Shown here: piece after piece, positions 14,144 through 15,067 of the stretch | Layout: every line of letters starts with the position of its first letter | How positions within the stretch are numbered: position 1 is the stretch's first letter | Source: a virus | Taxonomy: Duplodnaviria; Heunggongvirae; Uroviricota; Caudoviricetes | DNA length: 15,067 nt | Virus record (IMG/VR): IMGVR_UViG_2703718826_000001 | Strand: one strand, 5' to 3' | Translations under genes and position numbers: made by a program | Notes under the pieces: generated by a model | Seen by the model: the letters and a program-made list of their open reading frames with translations, nothing else | Database searches by the model: none | What the model was told of the DNA's origin: nothing

Positions 14144-15067
14144 ATGCCACTGACAGCTCGACAAGTTGAAACAGCCAAACCCAAAGATAAAATTTATAAG
14201 ATTGCCGATGGTGGTGGGCTCTACCTTCAGGTCAATCCTAACGGCTCAAAGTACTGGCGAATGAAGTACCACTATGCGGGGAAGGAAAAGAAACTATCAT
14301 TTGGCACCTATCCAACTATTACATTGGCTGAAGCTCGCAAACGTCGGGATGAAGCCAAGAAAATACATGCCGATGGTAAAGATCCCGGTGAAGTCAAGAA
14401 AGCTGAAAATCTTGAGAAAAACCTTTCCGAAGGAAGAACTTTTGCCGCAATCGCCACCGAGTGGTACAACGCAAAAGTTTCAGGCTGGTCTGCCAGCTAC
14501 GCTGATTATGTCGACAGAGCATTCAAAAATAATGTGTTTCCCTACATTGGAAACAGACCCATTAGTGAAATCGAACCTCTTGAACTTCTCGCAGTTCTTC
14601 AGCGTATCGAAAGCCGAGGAGCCTGCGAGCTAGCTAATAAAGTTCGCCAACGATGTGGTGAAGTGTTTCGGTATGCCATTGTTACAGGTCGGGCACGATA
14701 CAATCCAGCTTCTGATCTGGTTATAGCAATGAAAAGCTATAAGCGAACACATTACCCTTTCCTGCTTCCTCCTGAACTACCAGAGTTTTTATACAAACTC
14801 GAAAACTACACCGGCAGTATTGTAACCCGTGAAGCTACAAAATTGTTGATGCTCACAGGGCTGAGAACAGTAGAATTACGTATGGGGGAATGGTGTGAGA
14901 TCGATTTTACCCAAAAGATATGGGAAGTTCCTCCGACCCGGATGAAAATGAGGAAGGAGCATATCGTCCCTCTGTCAGATCAGGCAATCCAGTCTCTGCA
15001 AATCCTCAAAGAACTGACTGGAAGATACAGATACATCTTTGCCGGAATGGATTTGCCCCTATATTTC
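14144..15067 (+). CDS. second P4-type tyrosine integrase, 3'-truncated by the window end
   Basis: Hand translation from ATG 14144 gives MPLTARQVETAKPKDKIYKIADGGGLYLQVNPNGSKYWRMKYHYAGKEKKLSFGTYP...LTGLRTVELRMGEWCEIDF... with no stop to 15067 (308 codons); N-terminus parallels the first integrase; absent from the ORF track for lack of a stop codon. Confidence 0.85.
   Translation, partial: MPLTARQVETAKPKDKIYKIADGGGLYLQVNPNGSKYWRMKYHYAGKEKKLSFGTYPTITLAEARKRRDEAKKIHADGKDPGEVKKAENLEKNLSEGRTFAAIATEWYNAKVSGWSASYADYVDRAFKNNVFPYIGNRPISEIEPLELLAVLQRIESRGACELANKVRQRCGEVFRYAIVTGRARYNPASDLVIAMKSYKRTHYPFLLPPELPEFLYKLENYTGSIVTREATKLLMLTGLRTVELRMGEWCEIDFTQKIWEVPPTRMKMRKEHIVPLSDQAIQSLQILKELTGRYRYIFAGMDLPLYF

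Larger units (their letters stand above)
13946..15067 (+). mobile_element. start of a second, tandem integrase-bearing island (partial)
   Basis: att-like core followed after about 180 bp by a second P4-type integrase gene in the same orientation as the first. Confidence 0.5.

Noticed and set aside
13968-14633. ORF-track ORFs 13968-14153 and 14274-14633 (plus strand)
   Set aside because: Both are out of frame with the clear integrase reading frame starting at 14144; the first begins inside the att core and the second is an alternative frame of the integrase.

Overview
The window covers an Escherichia-type chromosomal locus (mlaA, yfdC, tRNA-Arg argW) followed by an ~11.6-kb P4-like satellite-phage island inserted in the 3' end of argW, bounded by 21-bp direct repeats at 2347-2367 and 13946-13966. 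The island has the P4 layout: tyrosine integrase, AlpA-like regulator, small regulators, alpha-type primase-helicase, a cluster of 9-bp iterons, then Sid-like, Psu-like and Ogr/Delta-like late genes. The main lead is the strongly AT-rich cargo slot between the late genes and attR (11767-13336): two adjacent genes encoding paralogous, N-terminally membrane-anchored proteins with no domain I recognise, sitting where P4-like satellites are reported to carry anti-phage systems. A second AT-rich orphan gene lies next to the integrase (3858-4739). A second P4-type integrase (14144 to window end, absent from the ORF track because it has no stop in the window) starts a tandem second island. All identifications are by eye and from memory of protein families; no database search was run.
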